Shown here in pieces: positions 1-10,857 of a stretch of DNA of 64,000 nt; position 1 is the stretch's first letter, and every line of letters starts with the position of its first letter. This stretch comes from Lachnospiraceae bacterium (GTDB taxonomy: Bacteria > Bacillota > Clostridia > Lachnospirales > Lachnospiraceae), in the NCBI GenBank assembly GCA_949383255.1, contig CASJPF010000015.1, forward strand, positions 45 through 64,044, in the 5' to 3' direction. The position numbers and the translations under genes are program-made. The notes under the pieces are model-generated. The model saw nothing but the letters and a program-made list of their open reading frames with translations, did no database searches and had not been told where the DNA came from.

Positions 1-4
1 GACA

Positions 5-223
5 CTAAGTAATTCCATTTAATAAAATATTTTCAGCCTCATTTATTTTTCCCTGATCAATCATTGTTTTTAACATGCTTAATTTTTGACCGGAGACTTC
101 ATATTTATTTTCGTCTTCTTGTTCGACAGAGACATATTTTTTCCCAAAGAGTAGTGAAAATAATACGCGGACCATTTCTTTAATTACTCTCATAATATAA
201 TCTTTTTCATCCTCGAAGTTCAC
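5..223 (-). CDS. DUF6483-like protein, apparently C-terminally truncated
   Basis: The N-terminus DEKDYIMRVIKEMVRVL and the motif QGKINEAENILL resemble DUF6483 proteins. The ORF stops at 72 aa near the window edge. Confidence 0.5.
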   Translation of the reverse strand: MNFEDEKDYIMRVIKEMVRVLFSLLFGKKYVSVEQEDENKYEVSGQKLSMLKTMIDQGKINEAENILLNGIT

Positions 224-250
224 TGATGGATACCTCCTACTTTATAGAAA

Positions 251-1030
251 TTATTGAAAGTTAGGTTTGATTTGTTGAAGCATATAATCAGTATATTCTC
301 TTGCAAGTGTCTTGTCTAGGTTTGTTGGCCGATTCAATTCGTATTCTGCCAGTGCATTTGCAATTAGTTCTGTGTATTTTTTAGGAACATTTTGAAGTCC
401 CCATCTACCGCCTTCCAGTTTTGATAGAATGAACTCGTTTTGGTGGAAGGCAAGTACCCGGCATAAATTGAGGATTATATAGGTAGGATTTTTATTGATT
501 TCCTCTCGGGCATTCTTGATATCGTCCCAAATACTGTCAAAGTAGTCGTCTTTGCTGACTTTGGAAAAAATATCAGGAATCGGTTTACCGTAGAGTGTCT
601 TGCCTCTGTGATAAAGAATGGTAAAATGAGCCGCCAAATCTTTGTCAGTTCCTTTCATTTTTTCAATATAATCATTGGGATTCGTCTGATACCAGTTTAA
701 GTGTTCAATGGAAAAATGCAGTTCAAATGGAGTTGGATAGACAAAAGGGGTACATACATTTTCCTTGACAATGCTAAGTTCAATTCCTTTTTTGGGGGCT
801 TGTTTGTTCAGCCTGATAACCATGTCCATATAGATTTGTTTTGTTTTATTGGGGAGTGTATGTTTAATGACAATAATAAAATCAAGGTCACTTTTTTGAC
901 TGTTAAAACACTCCATGACAGCGGAACCATGAAGATACACACCAACAAGATTTTCGCCGAGTATATTTTGACTTTCTTGTACAAAATTATCTATTAAAGT
1001 GAAATATTTATTTATATTAGTTTTTTGCAA
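251..1030 (-). CDS. Aminoglycoside nucleotidyltransferase-like protein (AadA/ANT(9) fold, DUF4111)
   Basis: Pol-beta-type NTase motif GVYLHGSAV...SDLDF, plus D.DLA.H and ILNLCRVLA...LSKLEGG.W motifs of the C-terminal domain. Confidence 0.8.
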   Translation of the reverse strand: MQKTNINKYFTLIDNFVQESQNILGENLVGVYLHGSAVMECFNSQKSDLDFIIVIKHTLPNKTKQIYMDMVIRLNKQAPKKGIELSIVKENVCTPFVYPTPFELHFSIEHLNWYQTNPNDYIEKMKGTDKDLAAHFTILYHRGKTLYGKPIPDIFSKVSKDDYFDSIWDDIKNAREEINKNPTYIILNLCRVLAFHQNEFILSKLEGGRWGLQNVPKKYTELIANALAEYELNRPTNLDKTLAREYTDYMLQQIKPNFQ

Positions 1031-1140
1031 ATTTTATAATTCCTTTTCAAAAAAAGATAAGCTGATGGAGAGCTGTTCTTAACTCCTATTATAGAATAAA
1101 ATATTAAATTTTACAATTGGAAAGCGGTTTTAGTTTTAAA

Positions 1141-1345
1141 ATATCGTACATTTGTACCTTGTATATTTTACGTGCTGAAGGACTGCTTGGTTTTCGTATT
1201 CTGATTTCTCAGCACAACCATCTATATACAGTTATCAATGTGTGTATGAATGAATTATAATAAAAAATTTACACTATGACAACCACTACTTTTGGCTACC
1301 TTAACCCACCGTCTAAAGCCAGTGGGATTGCGGTCACCCTATTTT
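1141..1345 (-). mobile_element. Partial copy (left end and middle) of the ORF-less IS200/IS605 derivative
   Basis: About 200 bp closely similar to 24975-25178, including the subterminal hairpin CCCACCGTCTAAAGCCAGTGGG. It lacks the omegaRNA/right-end part. Confidence 0.75.
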
Positions 1346-1589
1346 CAAATAAAAACACAATATAGTGTATAATGATTTTTAAGCGTGCAAGTAGAGAAGA
1401 TTTATTTTCTTTATTCGATTTTTAGATAAAGGATATGTAAAGTATTCATAAAAAATAGGGGTATTATATTTAGTTTGATGGGTTCAAATAAATTAATACT
1501 TTAGTAAAATAATACAAAGGAGGAAAAGAATCCCATGATACGGAGTAAAATTTAACAATGCTCAAAAATAAAGGAATGGAGGAAACTGT

Positions 1590-2645
1590 TTGAAAAAAAG
1601 ATTAAAAAGTATAATTCTATCGGCACTAATGTGTGTGCAACTTATAATGCCAACAATAGAAGTACAGGCGGCAGGAACAATATACGATAATGAAATCGGA
1701 ACACAGGATGGTTATAACTATGAACTGTGGAAAGATTATGGTACAACAAGTATGACACTGAACGACGGAGGAACATTTAGTTGTCAGTGGAGCGACATAG
1801 GAAATGCTTTGTTTCGCAAAGGTAAAAAGTTTGACAGTACTAAAACCTATCAGCAGATTGGAGATATATCAATCGATTATGGATGTAATTATCAGCCAGA
1901 TGGCAATTCCTATTTATGTGTATATGGATGGAGTGTAGATCCTCTTGTGGAATATTATATTGTAGAGAGTTGGGGTTCGTGGCGTCCGCCTGGAGCTGAT
2001 TCAAAAGGAACTATCACAGTTGATGGTGGTACATATGATGTGTATGAGACAACAAGAGTTAATATGCCTTCTATTCAAGGAGATACGACATTCAAACAAT
2101 ATTGGAGTGTCCGCACATCAAGGAGAACAAGTGGTACGATTTCTGTGACAGATCATTTTAGGGCATGGGAAAATATGGGAATGCCAATGGGAAAATTATA
2201 TGAGACGGCTTTGAACGTAGAAGGTTATCAAAGCAATGGATGGGCAGATGTATATCAAAATGTGATTAACATAAGGGAAAATACAACTGTAAAAGTAGAG
2301 TGCGAGGATATGACAATTTTAGGAGAGTACGCTGGAAGAATCGATAAGCCTTTTGATGGTGTAGGTCTGTATGCAAATAATGATTCCTGCCAATATACTC
2401 AGTACTTTGCAAATGACTGTAATAATTTTACTTTGAGGGGCTGTTCAAACAATGAAAATATGGCTAGGATTGATTTGTTGATCGGAGGAGAATATAAAGG
2501 GACTTTTTACTTTGGTGATGCATATCCCGCGGAATATACGATTCGTAATGTTTATCATGGGACAGGAAATCAGACAGTTGCATTGAAAGTTACATCAGAT
2601 GATGGATTATGGGATGCATATGTAGATTATTTAGTAATTGATTAG
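1590..2645 (+). CDS. xynA: Secreted GH11 endo-1,4-beta-xylanase with C-terminal CBM36-like module
   Basis: Signal peptide; GH11 motifs [21 protein letters not shown] and NVEGYQS; C-terminal VECEDM...WDAYVDYL resembles CBM36. Confidence 0.92.
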   Translation: MKKRLKSIILSALMCVQLIMPTIEVQAAGTIYDNEIGTQDGYNYELWKDYGTTSMTLNDGGTFSCQWSDIGNALFRKGKKFDSTKTYQQIGDISIDYGCNYQPDGNSYLCVYGWSVDPLVEYYIVESWGSWRPPGADSKGTITVDGGTYDVYETTRVNMPSIQGDTTFKQYWSVRTSRRTSGTISVTDHFRAWENMGMPMGKLYETALNVEGYQSNGWADVYQNVINIRENTTVKVECEDMTILGEYAGRIDKPFDGVGLYANNDSCQYTQYFANDCNNFTLRGCSNNENMARIDLLIGGEYKGTFYFGDAYPAEYTIRNVYHGTGNQTVALKVTSDDGLWDAYVDYLVID

Positions 2646-2833
2646 AATTTACATTGTATGATACCTATGCCATTACAGGTCATAGTTCGTTTATGCTATA
2701 AAAGTATTTGTTTATTTTTATAGTAAGCGTTTCTCTTGCGGCTGAATTGCAAGGTTAGCGGACACATGACCGTCCATGCTATAAAAATCACAGATTTTTA
2801 TAGTAATAGTTGAAATTTCATACTACGAAATAG

Positions 2834-2879
2834 AACCTTTTACACAGTATGAAATAAATACTGTGTAAAGGGTTTTTTA
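2834..2879 (+). terminator. Intrinsic terminator/attenuator between the xylanase and chemoreceptor genes
   Basis: 17-bp stem AACCTTTTACACAGTAT / ATACTGTGTAAAGGGTT (one G-U pair) followed by a T-tract, 40 nt before the MCP start. Confidence 0.75.
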
Positions 2880-2919
2880 TATGGTTTGTACGAAAGAAAT
2901 GGAAAGATAGGAGGATAGC

Positions 2920-5406
2920 ATGATGAAGGATGAAGGAAAGGCACAAGGTTTTGCGATGCTTCAGACAATAAAAGGTAAGATATTGATTATGGGGTTATTC
3001 TCTGTCTTGGTGTCAATTGTGATTGGCACAATAGGAATTAATTCTATAAATAGAAATAAGACAAACAGTGAAATTGAGTCAATTGCCAAAGAAATCGATG
3101 TGTTGCAGGCCAAAAATCTTGCATTGGAGGCACAATATCAATATTATATAGAACAAAAATATCTAGATGGTATTTTAGATAATTTGCATCAAATGACTAC
3201 ATATGTACAATCTCTGCAGACTATGACAAGCGATAAGTATGCAAGTGATGTAAATCAGATGCTTGACAGCCTCACGAAGATTGAAGCAAATTATAGTAAT
3301 ATTAGTAAGTTTGGCAGTATGAGAAGTTTTAATACAGATGCAGGATTGTATCAACAGTACGCAGATGCAAGGGATTCCTTAACAGAGAGTTTGGGAGAAC
3401 TAATTGATAGAGAGACTTGGCTTGAATTAAAATGGATTGATGCACATATGTGGACAGATGGTGAGTATGTGACAGTTAATGGGAAAGAGTATGTAAAATT
3501 AGTATATAGAGGTCCGATACCAGAAGGGGTGAAAAGAGATAATTTGGCATTTCGCGTGGGCGGTACACTTACCTACGATTTGGATTGTTATGTTACAGAT
3601 ATCAAATTGATAAACAATGCAGAATTTATGGAAATAGATATCAATACATTGGATACAGTGACTGGAACAGGGCTTGCCTATATGGACAGTGAGATTACTA
3701 CATTTGATGCAAAACCTGCAATTCGTATTGGTTGTAATTTCAATGCAGCGAACGAAGGATGGGAAGAGTTTGCGGCACAGATTTCAGTAAAAGGTTATGA
3801 TACACAAAATTATACAAATATAGAATATACAATGTATCTTGAACCAAACGGCATGGGATATGATTATAAATATGGAGGCTCTTACTCGGGTGTATATGAT
3901 TTTACAGGAATGGTTGAAAAGCTTGACAGATATATAAGCGATTACAGTAAATTGGTGGTGGAAGGTAAAGATGTTACAGAGCATTATGGGCAGATCGTAA
4001 CTTTGCTCACAGAAATATCAGAGAATATTCCCCTTTATACGGCAAGTGAGGAACTTGCTCAAAATTCGCTTGCTAAATTAAATGCAAAAGAAGAAATTAT
4101 TCGGCAAATGAAAGAATTGGATGACAGTATACTTTCATTAAAGTCTGAAAATGTACAATTAAATAATGGATTGACCTTGCTATGCGAGACAATTAAAGCA
4201 ACTGCTTCCAACGATATGGCAGAGATAAAAGGAAATGTAATGAGTATTAGTATCATTGTAATAGTGCTTGCAACCATAATATTGATTGGCATGACTATGC
4301 TGATTGGCATGAGCATTGACAGAAATGTTGTACTTTTTAAAAAGACTTTGGATAAGATAACACAAGGCAAAATTGCAGTTAGAGTAAAGGCGGATGGGAG
4401 GGATGAGTTTTCCCAATTTGGCAGAAGCCTAAATGTATTCTTGGATAAGCTTGTAGGTACGATAAGACAGATTCAAGATATTTCGACAGAGCTTGCGAAG
4501 TCCGGTGGTTTGCTCGAGGATAAAGCCAACAAAACCAAAATAGCTGCCCAAGTTATAAGTTCTGCATTGGATGAGATATCGCAAGGGGCATCTGCGCAGG
4601 CGGGGGATATTTCAAGTTCTTCATTGCAGGTAAGCAATATGCAAGAAAATATGATGCTGATTACAGAAGGTGTAAGTACATTGTCGGTGGTTTCAAGTGA
4701 TATGAGTGAAAACGGAAGAGAAGCGACAAAAATCGTTCAGGAATTAAGCAGTACAAGTAATATGACGACGGAAGCGTTTCACAGAATATCAGAGCAAATA
4801 TACAAGACGAATGCTTCTGTGGTAAAAATTCAGGAAGTAGTTAATCTGATCGCAGAGATTGCAAGTCAGACAAATCTATTGTCGCTGAATGCCAGCATAG
4901 AAGCTGCAAGAGCCGGTGAGGCGGGAAAAGGGTTTGCAGTGGTAGCAAGTGAGATACAAAAGCTTGCGGAACAAACCAATTCGTCGGCAAAGATTATTGA
5001 TAAAATTATACTGTCATTATCGGAGGAATCCCAACAGACAGTGCGATCGATCAATGAAGTTACGAATATTGTTGTAGATCAGAAGAAAAAGCTTGATGAG
5101 ACAAAGGAAAAGTTCAATGTTGTTGAGATTGGAATTAATTCAACATACAATGGCATGAAAGACATGCTAATCCAAGCTGATGTATGTGGAAATGCAGGAA
5201 AAAAAGTAGTAGATTTAATGACAAATTTGTCGGCTGTTGCGGAAGAAAATGCAGCATCGACCCAGCAGACCACAGCTTCTATGAACGAGCTGAACGATGC
5301 GACTACATCTCTTGCAAAGACAGCGCAAGAACTTAAGCAGTTATCTACTGTGGTGAACGAGAATCTAAATTATTTCAGTACAGATCCTTATATGGACCTT
5401 GCATAG
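2920..5406 (+). CDS. Methyl-accepting chemotaxis protein with large extracellular sensor containing an inserted beta-rich domain
   Basis: Two TM helices, a HAMP domain and the signalling hairpin [40 protein letters not shown]. Confidence 0.92.
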   Translation: MMKDEGKAQGFAMLQTIKGKILIMGLFSVLVSIVIGTIGINSINRNKTNSEIESIAKEIDVLQAKNLALEAQYQYYIEQKYLDGILDNLHQMTTYVQSLQTMTSDKYASDVNQMLDSLTKIEANYSNISKFGSMRSFNTDAGLYQQYADARDSLTESLGELIDRETWLELKWIDAHMWTDGEYVTVNGKEYVKLVYRGPIPEGVKRDNLAFRVGGTLTYDLDCYVTDIKLINNAEFMEIDINTLDTVTGTGLAYMDSEITTFDAKPAIRIGCNFNAANEGWEEFAAQISVKGYDTQNYTNIEYTMYLEPNGMGYDYKYGGSYSGVYDFTGMVEKLDRYISDYSKLVVEGKDVTEHYGQIVTLLTEISENIPLYTASEELAQNSLAKLNAKEEIIRQMKELDDSILSLKSENVQLNNGLTLLCETIKATASNDMAEIKGNVMSISIIVIVLATIILIGMTMLIGMSIDRNVVLFKKTLDKITQGKIAVRVKADGRDEFSQFGRSLNVFLDKLVGTIRQIQDISTELAKSGGLLEDKANKTKIAAQVISSALDEISQGASAQAGDISSSSLQVSNMQENMMLITEGVSTLSVVSSDMSENGREATKIVQELSSTSNMTTEAFHRISEQIYKTNASVVKIQEVVNLIAEIASQTNLLSLNASIEAARAGEAGKGFAVVASEIQKLAEQTNSSAKIIDKIILSLSEESQQTVRSINEVTNIVVDQKKKLDETKEKFNVVEIGINSTYNGMKDMLIQADVCGNAGKKVVDLMTNLSAVAEENAASTQQTTASMNELNDATTSLAKTAQELKQLSTVVNENLNYFSTDPYMDLA

Positions 5407-5475
5407 AAATGTGGATTGTGATATTACTGTATTGGCAGAGGCGATGAAACACATATACGAGGAGAGGATATTTCA

Positions 5476-7299
5476 GTGAATATAATCCAAGATGGACATA
5501 GGGAACATTATCAACAGAAGTGGATGGGCAGATTTTATCAACATATGAATAATATTAAGCTCAGCAGGAAATTAACAATTCTGTATGTATTCTGCGTATT
5601 GATTCCACTGATTGTCACAGACAGTATCCTGTTGTATATTGTATTAAATAATGAGTATGCCAAGAGACAACATGCTATGGAAAATGAAGCAAATGCCATA
5701 CAATATAGTCTGACGAACAGTATTGACTATGCGGCAGCTACAGCAAAGCAGATCTATATGAATGAATATATAGAGCGGTATTTGAATCATAATTACGCAA
5801 GTGCACTCGCATATGTTGAGGCATATCAGGATTTCGTGAAAACGACTCTGTTCAAAGGCGGGGCTGGTATGGACAACACAATTATTACAATGTATGCAGA
5901 TAACCCCACGATTGTGAATGGAGGCGAGTTCTCTCGCATGTCCTCTATAGAAAAAACGAACTGGTACAATACCTTCAAAAAATCTGGGCAGGATACGATG
6001 TTATACTTTTATTATGACAATGAAAAGAGTCCAGCAGTAGAGGCAAAAAGAAAAGTTTTATTTCTCAAAAAACTGGATTTTTTCAGTGGAAGCAGATGTG
6101 ACAAGTTTTTAAAAATAGAGCTTGATTATAGCAATATGGTACGGGGACTTGTCAGACTGGGATATGAGTTTCCTGTATATGTGTGTCAGGGAAAGAAAGT
6201 GCTGTTGGCAAATAACGGGCACAGTAGCATTAACCAGAATTTTGAAGAATTTCAGATGAAGCATAAAGTTGGTGTGTGCAAAGAGATGAGTCTGTATGGC
6301 TGTGAACTGCAGATTTATATTTTGAAACCTGAGACTGATATTCTAAAGAATATATTAGAAAATATGCCTCTAATTGTTCTGTTAATACTCACAAATGCAA
6401 TTCTCCCGGGGTGGCTGATGAAAGAACTCAATCTTTCGCTTACAGTGCGGATAGAGCAGTTAAGCCAAGTGTTTGATAATGTGGAGGATGAGGAGCTTTG
6501 TCGGATTGACGAGATTAATGGCAGTGACGAAATTAGCAGACTTATGGAAAATTATAATAGAATGGCATTGAGAACAAATGAATTGATACAGACGGTATAT
6601 AAAGATCGTATTAAGGAACAAGAGATGGATATTGCCAGACAAAATGCGGAGCTTTTAGCACTTCATAGTCAGATTAATCCGCATTTTTTATTCAATGCAT
6701 TAGAGAGCATACGAATGCACTGTATTATTCAAAATAAACCCGAGATTGCAGAGATGGTAGAAAAACTTGCGATTATGGAGCGGCAGAATGTGGATTGGGC
6801 AACAGATACTGTGGAGATTGGGAAAGAGATGGAGTTTGTTGAAGCGTATCTTAGTTTGCAAAAATATCGTTTTGGGGATAAATTGTCATATGAATTAGAG
6901 GTAGACAAATCATGTTTGGATATTAATATTCCAAAACTTACTGTGGTTACATTTGTGGAGAATGCTTGTATTCATGGGATTGAGAACAAGGCGACAAAAG
7001 GATGGATTTTTGTACGAATCTATATGGAAGAGAAAGAATCATATAGAGCACTTTGCATAGAGGTGGAGGATACTGGCAGTGGCATGGAAGAATCAGAACA
7101 GCAAAAACTACTGTGGATGATGCAGAACGCAAGTATTGACCGACTTCAAGAGAAAGGACGAGTGGGGATAGTAAATGCCTGTCTTCGCCTGAAAATGATA
7201 ACAGATAACCAAGTAAAATTTGCACTGGAGAGTGAAAAGGGCGTTGGAACAATGGTGCAAATACGGATTCCATTGGAAGGGAATGTTGAGATATGTTAA
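5476..7299 (+). CDS. YesM/LytS-type sensor histidine kinase
   Basis: Two TM helices, HAMP, H-box SQINPHFLFNALESI, ENACIHG and DTGSGM ATPase boxes. Confidence 0.92.
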   Translation: MNIIQDGHREHYQQKWMGRFYQHMNNIKLSRKLTILYVFCVLIPLIVTDSILLYIVLNNEYAKRQHAMENEANAIQYSLTNSIDYAAATAKQIYMNEYIERYLNHNYASALAYVEAYQDFVKTTLFKGGAGMDNTIITMYADNPTIVNGGEFSRMSSIEKTNWYNTFKKSGQDTMLYFYYDNEKSPAVEAKRKVLFLKKLDFFSGSRCDKFLKIELDYSNMVRGLVRLGYEFPVYVCQGKKVLLANNGHSSINQNFEEFQMKHKVGVCKEMSLYGCELQIYILKPETDILKNILENMPLIVLLILTNAILPGWLMKELNLSLTVRIEQLSQVFDNVEDEELCRIDEINGSDEISRLMENYNRMALRTNELIQTVYKDRIKEQEMDIARQNAELLALHSQINPHFLFNALESIRMHCIIQNKPEIAEMVEKLAIMERQNVDWATDTVEIGKEMEFVEAYLSLQKYRFGDKLSYELEVDKSCLDINIPKLTVVTFVENACIHGIENKATKGWIFVRIYMEEKESYRALCIEVEDTGSGMEESEQQKLLWMMQNASIDRLQEKGRVGIVNACLRLKMITDNQVKFALESEKGVGTMVQIRIPLEGNVEIC

Positions 7300-8888
7300 A
7301 GGTGCTGCTTGTGGATGATGAGCCGTTTATTGTACAGGGGCTTTGTCAGCTCCTTGACTGGAAGAAGGAGAATTATGAAATTGTAGGAACAGCACAAAAT
7401 GGAAGAGAAGCACTGGAATATCTAAAAATAAATAAGGTTGACTTAATTATTGCGGATATTAAAATGCCAGAGATGACAGGGTTGGAATTGTTAGAAACGA
7501 TCCGCAGGGAACAAGTTTCAGATGCGTATTTTGTTATCCTTAGCGGTTATGGAGAATTTTCTTATGCACAACAGGCAATTCGATATTCTTGTATGGACTA
7601 TGTACTGAAACCTGTTGAGAAAGAAGTTTTGACAGAGGTAATTAGAAAGGTTGCCAATATGTCAGCGACTGAAATACAGCGTCAGGAGGACAAAAGGCAG
7701 ATGGAGCGGGCATATTTGGCGAGAAATGTGATCTCCTTGCTGATCGGTAAATATGATGGTATGAATCTGCAATATGTTTCTAACCATATGCAGCTTTCCA
7801 ATGGAGTCAGATATATTGATATCCAGTTAGTGGATGTTTCAGATCCAGAAGACATGGAGGAAATGGAAATGCGTTCCATGCAGAGGAAGCTGTATCAGGG
7901 TTGCAGGGAATTTTTGAAGGAGGACGAGTCACATTGTATTCTTGATGTTTCCGCCGAGGAAAATATATATGATGTTGGTTTAATCTACTGTGATTACATG
8001 GCGGCAAAGAATGGCTGTATGGAAAAGGAGTATCTTGAAAAACTTTTTAATTATTTGAGTGTGACACTCAAACAAAAGATTATAATATTGGTAGGAAAAC
8101 GTGTTGCAGATATTGCGGCTGTGTCAAAATCATATGGGACTGCTTGTATGCTCAACTCTCTCCAAGCATTTCATGATCGCAAAAATATTTATTATTATGA
8201 GGAAGAGATTCAGGTTAACAGTGATGGTATACTTTTGTGTAAAGCAGAACTTGACAATTTGATTTCCGCTATTGAACAAAATGACAAGGTGCGCATTCAC
8301 GAGGCGGTGGACAAGTTATATGAAGAATTGCGCAGGATGGGGGCGATGGGGGAGACAATCAATTTAAATATCAATTATCTTTTGTTCCAATTGATTCATA
8401 CTGCTACAGAACAGGATGACTGTGTGAATCAGGAAGAAATTTTGCACCTGATCAGTGAGAGTGCTTTTGAGGATGGAGTGAAGCGGGGAAGCAAAGTGCA
8501 TTTGGCAAGATTTGCCTGCGAGTATGCAGAATATCTTGCACAGCTTAGAAAAAATGTGTCGAGAGGTATATTGGCTATGATTGAGCAGGAGGTAAGGGAG
8601 CACTTTGCAGAAAATTTGACATTGCGAGACTTGGGACAAAAATACTATATCAACAATGCCTATCTTGGACAAGTGTTTCGCAAGAAGTATAATCAATCTT
8701 TCAAGGATTATTTGAACAACTATCGCATAGAACAGGCGGCAGCGCTACTTGTGCGGACGGATGATAAGATTTACAAGATAGCAGAGGATGTGGGGTATAA
8801 GAATACAGATTATTTTATTAATAAGTTTATAGCTGCAAAAGGTTGTACGCCGTCTAAGTTTAGAAAACAATCTATCAAAACAGGGTAA
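7293..8888 (+). CDS. YesN-type response regulator (REC + AraC HTH)
   Basis: VLLVDDE...IADIKMPEMTGLELL receiver domain; C-terminal YLGQVFRK...IAEDVGY...GCTPSKFRK AraC motif. Confidence 0.93.
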   Translation: MLKVLLVDDEPFIVQGLCQLLDWKKENYEIVGTAQNGREALEYLKINKVDLIIADIKMPEMTGLELLETIRREQVSDAYFVILSGYGEFSYAQQAIRYSCMDYVLKPVEKEVLTEVIRKVANMSATEIQRQEDKRQMERAYLARNVISLLIGKYDGMNLQYVSNHMQLSNGVRYIDIQLVDVSDPEDMEEMEMRSMQRKLYQGCREFLKEDESHCILDVSAEENIYDVGLIYCDYMAAKNGCMEKEYLEKLFNYLSVTLKQKIIILVGKRVADIAAVSKSYGTACMLNSLQAFHDRKNIYYYEEEIQVNSDGILLCKAELDNLISAIEQNDKVRIHEAVDKLYEELRRMGAMGETINLNINYLLFQLIHTATEQDDCVNQEEILHLISESAFEDGVKRGSKVHLARFACEYAEYLAQLRKNVSRGILAMIEQEVREHFAENLTLRDLGQKYYINNAYLGQVFRKKYNQSFKDYLNNYRIEQAAALLVRTDDKIYKIAEDVGYKNTDYFINKFIAAKGCTPSKFRKQSIKTG

Positions 8889-8903
8889 AGAAAAAGTATA
8901 GGA

Positions 8904-8934
8904 AAAAGTATAGACTAATAATCTATACTTTTTT
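8904..8934 (+). terminator. Probable terminator after the response regulator
   Basis: AAAAGTATAGA / TCTATACTTTT inverted repeat with T-tract. Confidence 0.55.
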
Positions 8935-9019
8935 ATGTTTTTATATATCGTTTATTGGGTTTTTTTAAGTTTAATATAAAGTAGAATTATATTACTAAAA
9001 TAATAAGGGAGGCATACAC

Positions 9020-10765
9020 ATGAGAACAAAGAAAATACTGTCAGTTTTACTGGCAACAGCAGTGATGTCCGCAATGTTAACAGGATGTGGTGGCGATGAT
9101 GCAACATCGACAAATTCGGGCACAAGTGGCGATACAGGTACAAGTGCTAATGGATCGTCCTCAGGAGGCAACAAAGGCGGTGAAACATCTAATTCAGGCA
9201 ATATCAAGGAGTTTACAGCTTTTTTTGCGGTTCCAGGTTCAGAGATCAACGATGACAATGAGATTCAGCAGATGATTGCGGAAAAGACTGGGGCAAAGGT
9301 AAAGGAGACATGGCTTACTGGACAGACAGCGCAGGAGGCGGTCGGAACATTGATCGCAGGAGGTGAGTACCCTGATTTTATTGATGGAGGTGATGGCTCT
9401 GCACAACTCTATGATGCAGGTGCTCTGGTAGCATTGGATGATTATATCGACAATTATCCCAACATCAAGAACTTCCTGACAGCAGAGGAATGGGATAAGC
9501 TAAGACAAGAAGACGGGCATATTTATTGGATTAACCAGTTTGGAAATATCTACGGGGAAGAGAAAGCGACAACGCATAATGATGAGGCATTCTGGATTCA
9601 GACGAGAGTGCTTGAATGGGCTGGATATCCTGAGATACATACAATGGATCAGTATTTTGATCTGATTGAGAGTTACAATGAGGCAAACCCTACAATGGAG
9701 GATGGGACAGCAAATATTCAATATACTATCCTCTGTGATGATTGGCGTTACTTCTGCCTTGAGAATGCGCCGCAGTTCCTTGATGGATATCCCAATGATG
9801 GAAGCTGTATTGTCGATCCGGACTCGCTCACAATTATTGACTATAATACAACACCGACAGCAAAGAGATATTTTCAGAAGTTAAACGAAGAGTTTAAGAA
9901 AGGCGTGGTAGATCCAGAATCCTTTACACAGACGTATGACGAGTATATATCCAAATTGTCTACAGGACGTGTTCTGGGTATGATTGACCAGTGGTGGGAC
10001 TTCGCTTACACAGTAAATGATGCACTGAAACAGCAGGGACTTGATGTTAAGGGATGCAATTATGTTCCACTTCCAATCACCATTGACGAGGGAATTAAGA
10101 ATCAGTGGCATAATTCCGGCGGAGTTTTGAATGTGTCAAGTGGTATTGCAATTACGACAAGCTGCAAGGATGTCGAAGGGGCATTACAGTTTATTAATGA
10201 CCTATTAGAACAGGATGTGCATGACCTTCGCTTCTGGGGAGTAAAGGATGTGGATTATAATGTGGACGAAAATGGTGAATTTTTCCGTACAGAAGATCAG
10301 AGAATGCAATCCGCTGATACCGCTTATAAAGCTTCTCATACATGTACTTACTCTTATTTCTTACAGTATGGGGGAACAAGCACAGATGGTATTAATGCTA
10401 TGAAGCCGGAGAATCAGCCTAAAGAGTTTTATGACAGTTTAAGCAAAAATGTTCAGAAATGTTTTGATGCATATGGTGCAGAAACTTATGTAGACATGCT
10501 AGGAACAAGCGAAGCTCCAGGACCGTGGTATCCAATGTATTCTTATTCTAACAATATGACAACTGCCACAGAAGGTGGTACAGCATGGGCTAAAATAGGC
10601 GAGATTAAACATGAGTACTTACCAAAAGTTGTCATGGCAAATGATTTTGAGAGTGCATGGGAAGAGTATATGGAGGTTTATGCTGGTTGTAACCCACAGG
10701 CATTTATTGATGAGATGCAGGCAGAACTTGACCGCAGAATGGAGGAAGCCGCAAAGTACAACTAG
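9020..10765 (+). CDS. Oligosaccharide ABC transporter solute-binding lipoprotein (LplA-like; likely xylo-oligosaccharides)
   Basis: Lipobox LTGC, Ser/Gly/Thr linker, family-1 SBP body; context of a xylan locus. Confidence 0.88.
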   Translation: MRTKKILSVLLATAVMSAMLTGCGGDDATSTNSGTSGDTGTSANGSSSGGNKGGETSNSGNIKEFTAFFAVPGSEINDDNEIQQMIAEKTGAKVKETWLTGQTAQEAVGTLIAGGEYPDFIDGGDGSAQLYDAGALVALDDYIDNYPNIKNFLTAEEWDKLRQEDGHIYWINQFGNIYGEEKATTHNDEAFWIQTRVLEWAGYPEIHTMDQYFDLIESYNEANPTMEDGTANIQYTILCDDWRYFCLENAPQFLDGYPNDGSCIVDPDSLTIIDYNTTPTAKRYFQKLNEEFKKGVVDPESFTQTYDEYISKLSTGRVLGMIDQWWDFAYTVNDALKQQGLDVKGCNYVPLPITIDEGIKNQWHNSGGVLNVSSGIAITTSCKDVEGALQFINDLLEQDVHDLRFWGVKDVDYNVDENGEFFRTEDQRMQSADTAYKASHTCTYSYFLQYGGTSTDGINAMKPENQPKEFYDSLSKNVQKCFDAYGAETYVDMLGTSEAPGPWYPMYSYSNNMTTATEGGTAWAKIGEIKHEYLPKVVMANDFESAWEEYMEVYAGCNPQAFIDEMQAELDRRMEEAAKYN

Positions 10766-10810
10766 GGGATGTCTGAAAAATCATAATTATAAGCAGTAGC
10801 AATCAGACAG

Positions 10811-10839
10811 GGCGGACTAATTAAAACGGTCCGCCTTTT
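10811..10839 (+). terminator. Stem-loop between the SBP and permease genes (partial terminator or mRNA stabiliser)
   Basis: GGCGGAC / GTCCGCC stem followed by TTTT. Confidence 0.6.
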
Positions 10840-10857
10840 ATATAAAGGAGTGAAAAT

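Noticed and set aside
1518-1555. 6-codon uORF MIRSKI* with AGGAGG upstream of the xylanase
   Set aside because: RBS spacing is long and there is no attenuator structure or informative codon content.
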